A stretch of DNA of 64,000 bases from Prionailurus viverrinus (GCF_022837055.1 NC_062566.1:66862464-66926463), one strand, 5' to 3'; shown: positions 1 to 12,136, counted from the first letter of the stretch. Numbers and translations are program-made. The notes: generated from the letters alone by a model not told the origin.

Positions 1-253
1 AAAAGGCTTCCTCTGGAGCAGGTTTTAACTGTCAGAATCATGTTTTTCTGTAATTACAAAAAAAGCAACGTGTTTTCATTATAGGAATAACAGGTTATGG
101 GGAGAAGAACATACTCTGGCATTTCTTTCCTTGGAAGATGGCTGTTGGCAGTGCTGGAGAATGACACCTTGAGGCAGAAGAAAATTTAGTGTCACTTAGG
201 ATCTCATTAGGGCTGAGAATATACTGATGTCAATTTTTTCCTTCTCTCTCTAG

Positions 254-304
254 GCCCATGTGTACTGTGAAGGGAAGGATGTCTATGATGTCATGCTAAA
301 TCAG
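254..304 (+). CDS. PARP2: PARP2 coding exon (first one visible in window)
   Basis: acceptor tctctctag|G, donor CAG|gtaaag; translates AHVYCEGKDVYDVMLNQ. Confidence 0.85.
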
Positions 305-516
305 GTAAAGGGAGGAGCCATTCTATTTATGGCAATTTCTTCTTGATAATTACTGATGACAGTGTCCCAATGCCCAGGTCTTTAATTCTGAAGTCCCTTA
401 TATTAGCCTTTTCCTTATAGCAATAACTGGTACCGCCGGTGACCAAGGAAGAGTCATCGGTTTATTGGCTTCCATTTGTAAACCTCTCTCTTATGTTCAT
501 ATTTCTCTCATCATAG

Positions 517-613
517 ACTAATCTTCAGTTCAACAACAACAAGTACTATTTGATTCAGCTCTTAGAAGATGATGCCCAGAGGCACTTCAGTGTTTGGATG
601 AGATGGGGCCGGG
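517..613 (+). CDS. PARP2: PARP2 coding exon
   Basis: acceptor tcatag|A, donor G|gtaatg; TNLQFNNNKYYLIQLLEDDAQRHFSVWMRWGR. Confidence 0.85.
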
Positions 614-1018
614 GTAATGACTTTTATTATGGATCTTCTGATTGGTCATTCAGAAAGCCTAAAGCGGCTTAGTGAGTAACCAAAAGATCCCCTGGGTTTC
701 AGTTGGTAGAATGGAGGCTCTGTAACCTGGGAGGGGCTTGCAAATGGAATAGCAAGCATCCTCATTGGAAAAACCTAGGGCAGACTGTTGAGGCTGGGAG
801 TGTCCTGCAGTTGGTCTGCTAATGCTGCTCAGGGACTGTGGCAGTTAGCAGGTAACTAGTATCAACAGGATCAGCTTCTTGGATCCATTCACCTTTCCTT
901 CTCCCCTTCCTGCCCATTTGTCACATGCTAAGCAGGGAGACCTTAGCTGGCTTGTTTCGAGAGAGAACTCTTCTTGGATTGGCAGGAAACCATCTTATGT
1001 GTGGCATTTACTTTGCAG

Positions 1019-1094
1019 TGGGGAAAATGGGGCAGCACAGCTTGGTGGCTTGTTCAGGGGACCTCAACAAAGCCAAGGAAATCTTTCAGAAGAA
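1019..1094 (+). CDS. PARP2: PARP2 coding exon
   Basis: acceptor ttgcag|T, donor AA|gtgagt; (V)GKMGQHSLVACSGDLNKAKEIFQK; anchored to ORF-track frames 879..1151/974..1177. Confidence 0.85.
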
Positions 1095-1727
1095 GTGAGT
1101 ACCAAAAAAATACTATTCTTATTGGATGTGTCTTCTTTAAGAATTTTATAGGAAGTGTGATTTGGCCTCACTGTTAATGTATTTCCACTGTGACATTCTG
1201 TGACTGAAACACCAAACTGCCTCCTTAAGTTAGTGATTATATCACCTAATGTTGAAATTGACTAAAAATAGAAGAATCTAATATAATTAGCACATGACCA
1301 ACAATTTAGGAAACTTGGGAAACCCAGGTGGGTAGGATGAGAATATTGCAGCTAGAGTTTTAAAAATTCTTTCACTATGATGTGGATGCAGAGCTTTCTG
1401 GAGTCTCTGAGAATCTTTCAGAGACAGGGAGCAGATAGGGATCTTTTGTTTAAAATCTCAATGGCTTATGTGGTATTTTGGGGCCTTTAAGAAGCTCAAG
1501 GACCCTTTTTCCCCATTTTTTTTGTTCCCTTTGTCTCCAGAGCTTTTCTTTCTATTCAGGATCCTAATTTAGAGTCCAGATTTGTGGGAAGTTGGGTATA
1601 AAAGAGTTCTAAGAAGTTTGGGGGTTGGGGGGAGACATAGTTTGGAGATGTTCTAAGGAAACAATTATAAGCCCATTCCTAGTAGACCCTTATTTATAAG
1701 ATATTCTCACCATCATGGATTCTACAG

Positions 1728-1830
1728 ATTCCTTGACAAAACAAAAAACAATTGGGAGGATCGTAAGAAGTTTAAGAAGGTGCCTGGAAAATATGATATG
1801 CTAGAAATGGACTATGCCACCAATGCACAG
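1728..1830 (+). CDS. PARP2: PARP2 coding exon
   Basis: acceptor tctacag|A, donor CAG|gtaaac; (K)FLDKTKNNWEDRKKFKKVPGKYDMLEMDYATNAQ. Confidence 0.85.
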
Positions 1831-2573
1831 GTAAACTGACTACACATTTGGGGAGAAAACTGCTTCCTCTTAACCAAGGTGAAGTCTAACAGAATGGCTT
1901 AGATCAGGTCCTAGACTAGAACAGACCAGGGTGTCTTGAGTCTTGCTGTTCACCACCTAACTGAAGATAACAGTTACCTCAGGGATAACTTTCACGGATC
2001 TTTGTAATCTTAAAGGGACTATAGAATGAAGATAGAAAATGCTGTCTAGTCTGTACTGTCTAGTATGGTTCTTATAAAATCTCAGGTCCTGAAGTTTAAT
2101 GTATGGATCCAGAGAGGAGTAATACATAGTCACAGTGATGAAACTGCATTTAAAGTTGTCTTCACTTTTGGTTATATACTACCAGTATATACCATACCAA
2201 TAAAGAAAATAATAATAATTTTGACAAATTGAGTTGCAACCAGGATGCTGAAAACTGTTACATACAGTATCTGAAAAATGTAAAAATCTTAGTCATTTTA
2301 AGATGAGAAGATCTGAGACATAATAGCTGTCTTTACATACTTACCAGCATATTAGGAGAGCCTTTTAGACTTATTCTGAGTGTTTAACTATGGGAGGCAG
2401 ATGTAGGAGTCACACTGAGTACTCTAACTAGGTTAATAATGGAATGAACCTGTGGTTTGGCAGAGGCTGATTGATGTTCACCTGCCAGGAATATTGTAGA
2501 GCCATCCCTTGCAGAGACCTCAAAATAGATACTTTCATATTTTTCTTTTCTTTTTTTTTTTTTTTGGCTGTAG

Positions 2574-2733
2574 AATGAAGAGAAAACAAAAAAGGAATCT
2601 CTTAAATCCCCCTTGAAACCAGAATCGCAGCTAGATCTCCGTGTACAGGAGCTGATAGAGTTGATCTGTAATGTCCAGGCCATGGAAGAGATGATGGTAG
2701 AAATGAAATATGATACCAAGAAAGCCCCTCTTG
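2574..2733 (+). CDS. PARP2: PARP2 coding exon
   Basis: acceptor after poly-T tract tgtag|A, donor G|gtagga; NEEKTKKESLKSPLKPESQLDLRVQELIELICNVQAMEEMMVEMKYDTKKAPL; anchored to ORF 2613..2867. Confidence 0.85.
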
Positions 2734-2992
2734 GTAGGACTTCAGATGCTATCCTACATTCCCTCTCTATATTTCCTAGTTCCTTTCATGGAATATTTAG
2801 TCACCTTCATGATTTAAAGCTTGCTGATAGTATGAATGAAGAACAGGAGATCTGGGGTAAGAGGTAGTATGAGGGGAGAGAAGCTGTTTTGAAAGTTGAG
2901 TGGTGAGAGTCTTTGTTGGGTAGGCATGTGAATACAGTTTACAGGGTAAGACTCCACGTGTGGGATCTGATGATCTTTGGCTGGGCCTACAG

Positions 2993-3131
2993 GGAAGCTG
3001 ACAGCGGCACAAATCAAGGCAGGCTACCAGTCTCTTAAGAAGATTGAGGATTGTATTCGGGCTGGCCAGCATGGACGAGCTCTCCTGGAAGCATGCAATG
3101 AATTCTACACAAGGATCCCACATGACTTTGG
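2993..3131 (+). CDS. PARP2: PARP2 coding exon
   Basis: acceptor cctacag|G, donor GG|gtaaag; KLTAAQIKAGYQSLKKIEDCIRAGQHGRALLEACNEFYTRIPHDF. Confidence 0.9.
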
Positions 3132-3635
3132 GTAAAGCCTGTGCTGTTACTTCTCTTTGGTCTTCTACCTAACCGTATCCCCTATATCACTCAGCAGCAA
3201 CTATAATTTTTTTAATCTTTCATTTCTAATGAAATGATCATCTTGGATAAACACGGAGCCAAAATAATTTAGAGATAGCCTATTTAGTCGGCTTACAAGT
3301 TTGGAATGCAAACTCCTGACCTGATTACAACCATATTTTCTGACCAAATGGAAGTTACCCAAGAGAATATGGGTCTAGCTATCTAACCAACAAGTAAAAA
3401 ACCTTCAGACATATAACTCCCTAATTCAAATGATTGTAGGTATAATACATTTTATCTTTGTTGATTCTATATTCTGGTGTCGATTCTGTTTTTATTCCTT
3501 TCATTGCTTTTTAGAGCTCTGTGACCTAAAAATAACCCTAAGTGGTCAACAGGTCTGCTTCTGCTCCTAGACAGGACTATATCCAAATTATTATTTATGG
3601 ATATTGATATAAAGATTCATCTATTATTTAAAAAA

Positions 3636-4310
3636 ATACGGGAAATAACAAGTGTTGGAGAAGATGTGGAGAAAAGGGAATTCTCATACACTGTTGGTAG
3701 AATTGTAAATTAGCACAGCCACTATGGAAAACAGTATGGAGATTCCTCAAAATACTAAGAATAGAACTACTATATGGACCAGCTATTCCACCTCTGGATA
3801 TTTATCTGAAGAGTATGAAAACATCAATTTGAAAAGATATGTGCATCCCTGTGTTCATTGCAGCATTATTTACAATAGCCAAGATATGGAAACAACCTAA
3901 GTATCTATTGACAGATAATGGATAACAATGTGGTATATTTATACAATGGAATACTACTCAGCCATAAAAAACAATGAAATCTTGCCATTTGCCACAACAT
4001 GAATGGATGGATCTTGAGACTGTTATGCTAAGCAAAATAAGTCAACAGAGAAAGACAAATACCATATGATTTCACTTATGTGGAATCTAAAAAAAACAAA
4101 ACAAAAACTAATTCACAGATACAGAGAACCAGACAGAGGAAGGTGGTTGGGGGTGGGCGAAATGGGTGAAGGAGGTCAACAGTATGGTGAGGGATGGTAA
4201 CTGGACTTGGGATCACTTTGTAGTGTATACAGATATCAAGGTTATGTACATAACCTCTCTTCATATATTTATATATTTGGAACCTCTCTTTATATATATA
4301 TAGATTCTCC
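3636..4310 (+). mobile_element. L1 (LINE-1) 3' fragment (ORF2 C-terminus + 3'UTR) in a PARP2 intron
   Basis: carnivore L1 hallmark strings aaattagcacagccactatggaaaacagtatggag...ctcaaaatactaagaatagaactactatatggaccagctattcc...ttacaatagccaagatatggaaacaacctaagt. Confidence 0.8.
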
Positions 4311-4437
4311 CTCACGTGGAAAACCCCAGTTTTTTATACTTATTTTCTAAAGGACCTATCTTTAGTCTGTTACTTCCAGTCACGTGCCTTCGGTCACACA
4401 TCAGAGAACTGATTATGAATTATATCTCTGTTCTTAG

Positions 4438-4501
4438 ACTCCGTACCCCTCCATTAATCCGGACAGAAAAAGAGCTGTCAGACAAAGTACAACTACTAGA
4501 G
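4438..4501 (+). CDS. PARP2: PARP2 coding exon
   Basis: acceptor ttcttag|A, donor GAG|gtgaga; LRTPPLIRTEKELSDKVQLLE; anchored to ORF 4316..4531. Confidence 0.85.
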
Positions 4502-4579
4502 GTGAGACATGTGTGGATTGGGAAGCATTAATTCTGTTCCCAAGTTCCTACACATTGATCCTGCATCTCATCTTGCCAG

Positions 4580-4714
4580 GCTTTGGGAGACATTGAAATT
4601 GCCATTAAGCTTGTGAAGATGGAGCTGCAAAGTCCAGAACACCCATTGGACCAGCACTATAGGAAACTACATTGTGCCTTGCACCCTCTAGACCATGAAA
4701 GTTATGAGTTCAAA
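4580..4714 (+). CDS. PARP2: PARP2 coding exon
   Basis: acceptor cttgccag|G, donor AAA|gtaaga; ALGDIEIAIKLVKMELQSPEHPLDQHYRKLHCALHPLDHESYEFK; ORF 4583..4780. Confidence 0.9.
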
Positions 4715-4984
4715 GTAAGAAAAATGGTCATGTATTTTCCTGCCTTTAAGACCCATCCCCCTAACCCCACTGTTCTCTGAGTGCTTCTGGTTAAGAGCAA
4801 ACTTTTACATAGAGCAGAGTTTCTGTGTACCAGGAATTGGGGAAAGTACAGCTCTCTCACTGCCTTGTGAGACCATTAGGGAGCAGGAAGTCTGCCAGTT
4901 TTTACCAGAAGCCCCAAGGTTCTTCAGCTCAGTCTGGTCTCTTGTACAGTCCGTATCAGCCATTTCTTTCATTTTTTTTCACAG

Positions 4985-5112
4985 GTGATTTCCCAGTACC
5001 TACAGTCTACTCATGCTCCCACACACAGGGACTATACCATGACCTTGCTGGATGTTTTTGAAGTAGAGAAGGAGGGTGAAAAAGAAGCCTTCAGAGAGGA
5101 CCTTCATAACAG
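4985..5112 (+). CDS. PARP2: PARP2 coding exon (catalytic domain)
   Basis: acceptor cacag|G, donor AG|gtctga; VISQYLQSTHAPTHRDYTMTLLDVFEVEKEGEKEAFREDLHN; ORF 4985..5236. Confidence 0.9.
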
Positions 5113-5266
5113 GTCTGAGTTTAGCTTTGGGTTTGGGAAAACATTCCCTTGCCTGAAGTGTGGTTATGGGACTTCTGGAAAATGGCAGAAAATGGCTTTT
5201 TTGTGTTTATGGCCTATCCCTGCTGGAGAGCAATAGAGGGCAATAATAATAATGGCTTTTCCCTAG

Positions 5267-5366
5267 GATGCTGTTGTGGCATGGTTCCAGACTTACTAAC
5301 TGGGTGGGAATCCTGAGCCATGGGCTTCGAATTGCCCCACCTGAGGCTCCCATCACAGGTTACATG
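5267..5366 (+). CDS. PARP2: PARP2 coding exon (catalytic domain)
   Basis: acceptor ccctag|G, donor ATG|gtgagt; (R)[33 protein letters not shown]. Confidence 0.9.
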
Positions 5367-5732
5367 GTGAGTAGAAATTGAATCCTGGAAGGAAGCCCAG
5401 GGTAAAGGATAACAATAATTTTCGCAGTCCTTTTTTTTTCTCTTGTATTTCTAGATTAGGATTCTTCCCAAGAATTAAAACAGCTCACTAAAAACCCTAA
5501 CATTTCTTACCTTTTCCCTCTTCCTTTAAATTCCTAAAGATATCCCATCTACCCCCTCAGAAAGCAGAGACTCACCAATACATCTGCCTTCTCTGGAACA
5601 GAACTGCAAGGAGAAATGGAGAAGGGTCTATATAGTGTTTAAGATAATGGAAACATAGGGTCACTGGTATAGGCCTCCTTTCTAACACAGTGGGTTAAGC
5701 AGCTGACCTTCATGGCTGTTGATATGTTTCAG

Positions 5733-5831
5733 TTTGGGAAAGGAATCTACTTTGCCGACATGTCTTCTAAAAGTGCCAATTACTGCTTTGCTTCTCGTGT
5801 GAAGGATACTGGACTGCTGCTTTTATCAGAG
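5733..5831 (+). CDS. PARP2: PARP2 coding exon (catalytic domain)
   Basis: acceptor tgtttcag|T, donor GAG|gtgaga; [33 protein letters not shown]. Confidence 0.9.
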
Positions 5832-6071
5832 GTGAGATGAACATATTTATGATCTCTAGTTTGTTATGAGTTCCTATGTTTCCAAAGAGAACAGTTTGAC
5901 TCTGGAACCAGGAGGTATACCTGGGAGAACCTGAGAGGGGACCAAGGGCAATTTTCATTCTGTTCCTCTGCAGGAGTAGGGGAAGAAAGTACTGATGGGA
6001 TTTTCTGTTTGGCCTTAGAGCCATCCACTTCTCAGTAGGATGTGGGTGTTAAAAGATCTTTTGCTTTGCAG

Positions 6072-6196
6072 GTAGCTCTAGGTCAGTGTAATGAGCTACT
6101 GGAGGCCAATCCTGAGGCAGAAAGATTACTTCAGGGCAAACATAGCACCAAGGGACTGGGCAAGATGGCTCCCAGTCCTGCCTCCTTCATCACTCT
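6072..6196 (+). CDS. PARP2: PARP2 coding exon
   Basis: acceptor ctttgcag|G, donor CT|gtaagt; VALGQCNELLEANPEAERLLQGKHSTKGLGKMAPSPASFIT. Confidence 0.9.
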
Positions 6197-6271
6197 GTAA
6201 GTATTCAGTCTAGAGGGCCAGAAGACTCCTTTTGGTCAGATAAGACTCTCTACTTTCTGTGTTCCAACTTT

Positions 6272-6503
6272 TTTTTTTTTTTTTAAATTTTTTTTTTTTT
6301 TCAACATTTATTTATTTTTGGGGCAGAGAGAGACAGAGCATGAACGGGGGAGGGGCAGAGAGAGAGGGAGACACAGAATCGGAAACAGGCTCCAGGCTCT
6401 GAGCCATCAGCCCAGAGCCCGACGCGGGGCTTGAACTCACGAACCGTGAGATCGTGACCTGGCTGAAGTCGGACGCTTAACCGACTGCGCCACCCAGGCG
6501 CCC
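6272..6503 (-). mobile_element. Young Can-SINE (SINEC_Fc-type, tRNA-Lys derived) in the last PARP2 intron, with TSD
   Basis: rc of ggggcgcctgggtggcgcagtcggttaagcgtccgacttcagccaggtcacgatctcacggttcgtgagttcaagccccgcgtcgggctctgggctgatggctcag...; 16-bp TSD ctgtgttccaactttt at both ends. Confidence 0.9.
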
Positions 6504-6563
6504 CACTGTGTTCCAACTTTTGACACTGATGCTGATGTTGACACACTTTCTTCCACTTGGCAG

Positions 6564-6723
6564 GAATGGGAGTACAGTACCCTTAGGACCAGCAAGTGAC
6601 ACAGGAATTCTGAATCCAGAGGGTTATACCCTCAACTACAATGAATTCATTGTCTATAGCCCCAACCAGGTCCGCATGCGATACCTTCTAAAGGTACGGT
6701 TTAATTTCCTGCAGCTGTGGTGA
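6564..6723 (+). CDS. PARP2: PARP2 terminal coding exon (CDS part, stop TGA 6721-6723); exon continues about 110 nt as 3'UTR
   Basis: acceptor cttggcag|G; (L)NGSTVPLGPASDTGILNPEGYTLNYNEFIVYSPNQVRMRYLLKVRFNFLQLW*; ORF 6508..6723. Confidence 0.9.
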
Positions 6724-6810
6724 ATGTCAATAGTAAATAACCCGGATAAGATGTGATCTTCAAACAAGAAAATGTGTAGTGTTGTACTTTTGACTTCTGA
6801 TATTTTATGT

Positions 6811-6816
6811 AATAAA
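6811..6816 (+). promoter_or_regulatory. PARP2: PARP2 polyadenylation signal AATAAA
   Basis: aataaa 88 nt downstream of the PARP2 stop codon, no other coding signal follows. Confidence 0.7.
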
Positions 6817-7639
6817 AATAGCACAAATCTACCATTGGCTTCTTTGGGCTCAACTTCTCCAAACACCTATTTCTTCTCACATTCGTACTTCTTCATTTTC
6901 AGGACAGAAAGTACCCATTGCTCTATGTATCCTACAGCTAGCTACAAATTACTCAGGATCCTGTTTCTTCACAGAAGAATAGCTTCTGTGCATTGACAAT
7001 GCTAATGGAGAGTGATGTTTTTCCCCCACTTAATTCAATTTTTATGCAAACTGAAGTTTGTTGGGTATTCTTACAAGAAGGGTAGAGACAACAGAGGCCG
7101 AATTGTTCCCTTGTTCCCATCCAAATCTTCTAACGTGACTTTTTCCCCCATTTACCAACTGCAGACCAGGTCTCCCACCACTTATCTTAGGATTCAGCAG
7201 ATGTCCAAAAATCTGGAAGCACTTAGAGGACTTGTCACTAAGCCTAAATACATCTCAGGGAGGAAAGGAGAGAATAGAATGAATTTTGACATACCCTGTT
7301 CCATTTAAGAAGTACCAAAGTCCAGGTCAGATCCAAAGACTTCCTGATTATTTGTAAACACATGCAACACAGACACACACACACACACAAACACAGACAA
7401 AACCATACTTCATTAGATAAAAGTGAAGGTTATTTAAATGAAAACAGTAGCCTGTAACTTTTTAGAGATCAGATTACCAATCAAAACTTAAAATGTACAT
7501 ACCCTTTGACCTAAAAACCAGATATGCATGTTTGTACAGATGATGTCAGTGTAGCATTGTTATATGTAAAAAAAGATCCCTAGTTAAATATATTCACTCC
7601 TTGAAATACTGTGCTGCTATTAAAACTAGACTACACACT

Positions 7640-7976
7640 TCTCCAAAAAGTAAAAGAGAGTATTTCCCAACTCATTCTATGAGGTAACATGAAACCAAAA
7701 CCAGATAAAGATATCACCAGGGAAGAAAACTATAGATCAACTTCCCTTAAGAATATAGATGCGCAATAAAATGCTACCGAGACTAAACCAGTAACAAAAA
7801 GGACGATACACCATGATGAAGTGAGATTTATCAAAGGAATGCAAGATTGGTTCAACATATGCAAACCTATCAGGGTAGGACAAAAGTCACATGACGATCT
7901 CATGAGATACAGAAAAGGCATTTGGCAAAATCCAACACCCTTTCATGATAAACATTCAGCAAAGACTGGAAAGGAA
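7640..7976 (+). mobile_element. L1 ORF2 internal fragment (reverse-transcriptase region), intergenic
   Basis: ORF 7821..8012 ...IKGMQDWFNICKPI...DDLMRYRKGIWQNPTPFHDKH resembles the L1 RT motif ...GMQGWFNI...IDAEKAFDKIQHPFMIK. Confidence 0.7.
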
Positions 7977-7988
7977 TTTAAAAAAAAA

Positions 7989-8197
7989 AATTTTTTTAAT
8001 GTTTATTTTTGAGAGAGAGGGAGAGACAGACCATGAGTGGGGGAGGGGCAGAGAGAGAGGGAGACACAGAATCTGAAGCAGGCTCCAGGCTGATCTGACA
8101 GCACAGAGCCCAACGTGTGGCTCGAATTCATGAACTGCAAGATCATGACCTGAGCCAGTTGGACACTTAACCAACTAAGCCACTCAGGCGCCCCCTC
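7989..8197 (-). mobile_element. Can-SINE
   Basis: rc orientation: ...gcaggctccaggctgatctgacagcacagagcccaacgtgtggctcgaattcatgaactgcaagatcatgacctgagccagttggacacttaaccaactaagccactcaggcgccccc. Confidence 0.85.
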
Positions 8198-9682
8198 AAA
8201 AACATTTTTTTTTAAGTGATCAAAATTAACATCACCAGTAAGAAGTCATGTTGATAACATGTGCTTCAGATATGATATAACAAGAAGGACATATATCTTT
8301 TATTCTTCCCTTAAATCCACAATCTTAGTTCACTCATGAAAAAACATGAGACAAAGCCAAACTGAAAGACATTCTACAAAACACTGAACCAGTATTGTTC
8401 AAAAGTGTCAAGGTTATAGAAAGACTGAAAAACTCCCAATTGGCGGAGACTAAGGAGACAGGATGAGTAAATGCAATGTATTCTGGACTATAGAAAATGG
8501 GAATCTAAATGTGGCTATGTAAGGTGTTAGTGTTAGAGGAAGCTTGGTGAAAAGTATATAGGAATACTCTTCTGGAAATCTTAAATGATTTAAAAAAAAA
8601 AAGGATTAAGAGCCATTTTACTGGAAAAACACCAATGCCAAAAGGTTCTTTAGGGGTATAACTGTGTATCTGGTTCCTGGTTCTCCCTCCCAGTACGAGA
8701 TAGGATGATACCTCTCTCCCTTTTGACAGTGGGTAGAGCTATGTGACTTGCTTTGCTCATATTTACAAAATACGAGTGGAAGTGATGTGTTTTATTTCTA
8801 GACTGAAGACTTAGAGCCCACAGATTTTGTTTGGTTGGTTTTTGCCACATTTCCTTTTTCCTGCCTTTGCAGTCACTGAAAATGTTAAGCGTGAGCAAAG
8901 TAGAGCAGAATCGCTCATGAATCCTTGCTGTGGCATGAGTAAGAAATAAATCTTTGTTATTTTAAGCTGTTGATATTCTGGAGTTGTTACCATAGCATAA
9001 CCTCACTATCCTGACAGAAAACACATCCATTTTCCTGGATGGAAAGATAAGGTATTTGAAAGAATATCAGTTCCACATATATAAGTTTTTTTGAAAACTG
9101 AAGAATTTAGCCCAGATTTCATCTGACCAATTAAATAAATACCAGTAATGAAGACATTTTTGAGGAAGAGTAACAAGGTAATACTTGCACTATTGGGTCA
9201 GTAAAAGAACAGTCAAGCTAGACTTACTGAACACTTAGCACATCAAATGTTTCACCCACCGCGACTCATCTAATTCTTACAATATCCCCAAGAAGTAGGT
9301 CCCATTATTGTTCCTATTTAATAGACAGGGAAAGGGAGGCATGGAGATTTGAACTCAGGCAGGCTTTTTCCAAGTTCATGCTTTTAGCCACTTGGTTACA
9401 GGGTTTCTCTTAAATAGTGTTTCTCAAACTTTCTGTGATGAAGGACCAATTGTTTGTTTCTTTGTTTTAATTTCTGGTCTGTCATGGAACAATACTTTCA
9501 TAAAATTTAATAAAAATGAGGAACTAGGAAAATGAAGTGAAAAGCATACAAACTACAAGCTTCAGTTTTTATTATTAAATTTGTCAGATATATAAGATTA
9601 TTGTTCAAATTTCTATAACAATTTCTAAATGCTTACTCTCAATTTCTGTACCTACTGTGAACCACTAATAATTTGTAGACTG

Positions 9683-9878
9683 GCGGGGCACCTGGGTGGC
9701 TCACTCAGTTAAGCGCCGGACTTCAGCTCAGGTCATGATCTCATGGTTCGTGAGTTTGTTGAGCCCTGTGTTGGGCTGAGCCTGGAGCCTGCTTCGGATT
9801 CTCTCTCTGCCCCTCCCCCACTCATTCTCTGTCTGTCTCTCTCAAATATAAAAAATAAAACAAAAACTAATAATAATA
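9683..9878 (+). mobile_element. Can-SINE with TSD
   Basis: ggcggggcacctgggtggctcactcagttaagcgccggacttcagctcaggtcatgatctc...aaatataaaaaataaaac; flanks aataatttgt(a/g)gactg. Confidence 0.85.
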
Positions 9879-11355
9879 ATTTGTGGACTGGCACTAGTTT
9901 ACAAACTAAACTTTAAGGAGCTCTGCTCTCGATTTGAAAACAGATTGTGAATAGATAGGTAGAAACATGTATAAAAATTTGGTATATGAAAAATATGTTT
10001 TTGTGGATGGGTAGGAGAAGACTGCTCTGATGTCCTATGATCCCACAATCCAATGGCTATAATTGTGGAACTCATCCAGATACTAGGAGACACTGAATTT
10101 CTTCTTAATGATAAGAACTCAGAAGATGTTTAAACTAAAACCTGAACTCCCTTGGGCACATACTTACTTTTACCTAGAGTCTCTTCTTATTGTCACTCAT
10201 AGCAATTATACTCTGACCTTGCCATACGTCTACAAGATAAAAAAGATAGAAAAACCCCTTCAAGGAGGCCTGGCCAACAAGGCTGAGTCTATTGAGCAAA
10301 GGTCAAGTTAGCCTTTTAATTTTCTTTATCTCCATTCCTCTAGCCTTCGGTGGGGTGCTTTTGTAGAACTTTTATGCATGGAAGACAGACATCTAGGGCT
10401 TCCTCCTGTCCTTGGCCCATGCTTTCAGAGGAGGAAAAGGCCAAAGATTGAAATCAGCAACTTTTAGGATGATGCCATGCCATGGATCTCTAGCGTTTCT
10501 AGGTAGTATTATAAATCATAAATTTCAAAAAACCTTCATTTGGACTTCTAGTCACAAGGTGTATGGAGGAGGTGGTCTTGAAAGTATTTTTAGAGTCCTT
10601 GCATGAGGCACATGAGAAAAGATAGAAGCATGACCTATGATTAAGACATCAGCTGATGGCATTTCTTATGTCTTTATCCTCTGGCTGAGGGAGACCATGA
10701 GGCATTGGTAGAGGTAAGGAAAAAGTCCCTCAGGTGATTTCTCCATGTAAAACCTAGAATCAAGGTGAAATGAGAACAAAACTCAGTACCCCTCAACTCC
10801 CCAAATCCACAAAACTCATTTCTAGGTCAGAGTGCAGTGGTATTTCTTTAAGAGAACCTTACCAACCAGGACAAAATCTTGGCTTCTCATATACAAGTCC
10901 TTGAATTCTTGGGACATAGATCTTTAACCTTTCCCTAACCCTTAGAAAGGGCCTCAGGGAACTTCCTCTCCCATAAGATAGAATTACAGGAAAATAAGGT
11001 TCTAGAGCTTAGAAGGATCACAGTCCCTGGTGAGTCCATTGGTATAATTATTCTACCTTTTCATTTGTTTTAATCTGTGTGAACTTCAATTTGAGAGATA
11101 CACTTTTGTGATTTCTTCCAAGAATGCAAATTACTATACTGACAAATGTATACAAGTCAAATGGCTGCTGCTGCTCTGTCAGAGGGTGTGAAAACCAGAA
11201 GTCTCGTAGTTTCAGTGCCCTGGCTTTTCATCTCTTAGCTGGGTAGGTAGTTCTGCATAGAAGACACCGTTTCTATGAGTGGAGCCTAATGTTCTCTCTA
11301 AATGCCCTAACTGGGCACTTTCAACTCACTCTTCCTTCTCTTATGCTTTCTTCTT

Positions 11356-11545
11356 TTAGTTTTTTTTAATGTTTTATTTATTTATTTATTTATCTATTTA
11401 GGGAGAGAGAGAGAATCCCAAGCACACCCCGCATTATCAGTGCAGAGCCTGACACAGGGCTCGATCTCATGAACCGTGAGATCATGACCTCAGCTGAAAT
11501 CAAGAGTCAGATGCTTACCCAACTGAGCCACTCAGGGACCCCTCT
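11356..11545 (-). mobile_element. Can-SINE (older subfamily)
   Basis: ...atcatgacctcagctgaaatcaagagtcagatgcttacccaactgagccactcagggacccc. Confidence 0.8.
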
Positions 11546-11845
11546 TATTCTTTGTTGACTAAGTGAGAGGTCTTCAGCTCTCTGTTCAAACTAAGTGCTG
11601 GCCAACATCACTCATCCCTCCTACTGGCAGGAATGGTATCTTAGGATCCTGGGGTCAGCAAGTGATAGAAGATTTCTAAAGCCTCGTTTCAAAGAATGTC
11701 TACTATAGATTTGGTTCTTTTTCTTGCAGTTCTAATAAGAATTAATGTTAAGTCAGAAAAAAAAAAAAACATTAGAACTCCCATATTCTTGGTCCACATC
11801 CACTTCAGAGCATAGGCAAGACTGCACTTGAGGTTTTCTGACACT

Positions 11846-11851
11846 TTATTT
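11846..11851 (-). promoter_or_regulatory. TEP1: Candidate TEP1 polyadenylation signal (AATAAA on - strand, about 75 nt after stop)
   Basis: tttatt on + strand = AATAAA on - strand; nearest canonical signal downstream of the TEP1 stop; true 3' end may lie further (another at about 9566-9571). Confidence 0.35.
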
Positions 11852-11924
11852 TTAAAATTTAATCAAGAAAGTAGCCACTGGTATCTTCAGGCTTTGCATC
11901 TCTAGCACAGTGGTGTCTCTGCCT

Positions 11925-12047
11925 TCATTCCCAGGACAGAAAGTACACATTGCCCTGTGTGTCTCCCACTGCGAGCTCCAGGGTGGAGTTAGGGCCCAGC
12001 CAAGGTTCCAGGCAGCTCACAGCCCCTTCGCATTGGAACAGGCCCAG
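11925..12047 (-). CDS. TEP1: TEP1 terminal coding exon (CDS part incl. stop TGA at 11927-11925); exon continues into 3'UTR
   Basis: acceptor ttccccgttgtag|C; LGLFQCEGAVSCLEPWLGPNSTLELAVGDTQGNVYFLSWE*, matches the conserved TEP1 C-terminus. Confidence 0.85.
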   Translation of the reverse strand: MGLFQCEGAVSCLEPWLGPNSTLELAVGDTQGNVYFLSWE

Positions 12048-12136
12048 CTACAACGGGGAACAGAAAAGGGGGAGATAAGGGCTACAAGCCTAGGGTCTCC
12101 TTACTAACTTGTTTATCTCTCACATTAATGCCTTAA

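Larger units (their letters stand above)
1..6840 (+). other. PARP2: PARP2 gene, 3' portion (13 terminal coding exons + short 3'UTR); 5' exons are upstream of the window
   Basis: Conceptual translation of 13 GT-AG-bounded exons is collinear with PARP2 WGR/regulatory/catalytic regions and ends ...KVRFNFLQLW*; exon phases consistent; AATAAA 88 nt after stop. Confidence 0.9.

Noticed and set aside
7821-8012. 63-aa + strand ORF between the genes
   Set aside because: It is an L1 ORF2 (reverse transcriptase) fragment abutting a SINE, not a host gene.
8200-8650. A/T-rich block that might be a further LINE-derived fragment
   Set aside because: Could not be matched confidently to a known L1 region by eye, so it is left unannotated.
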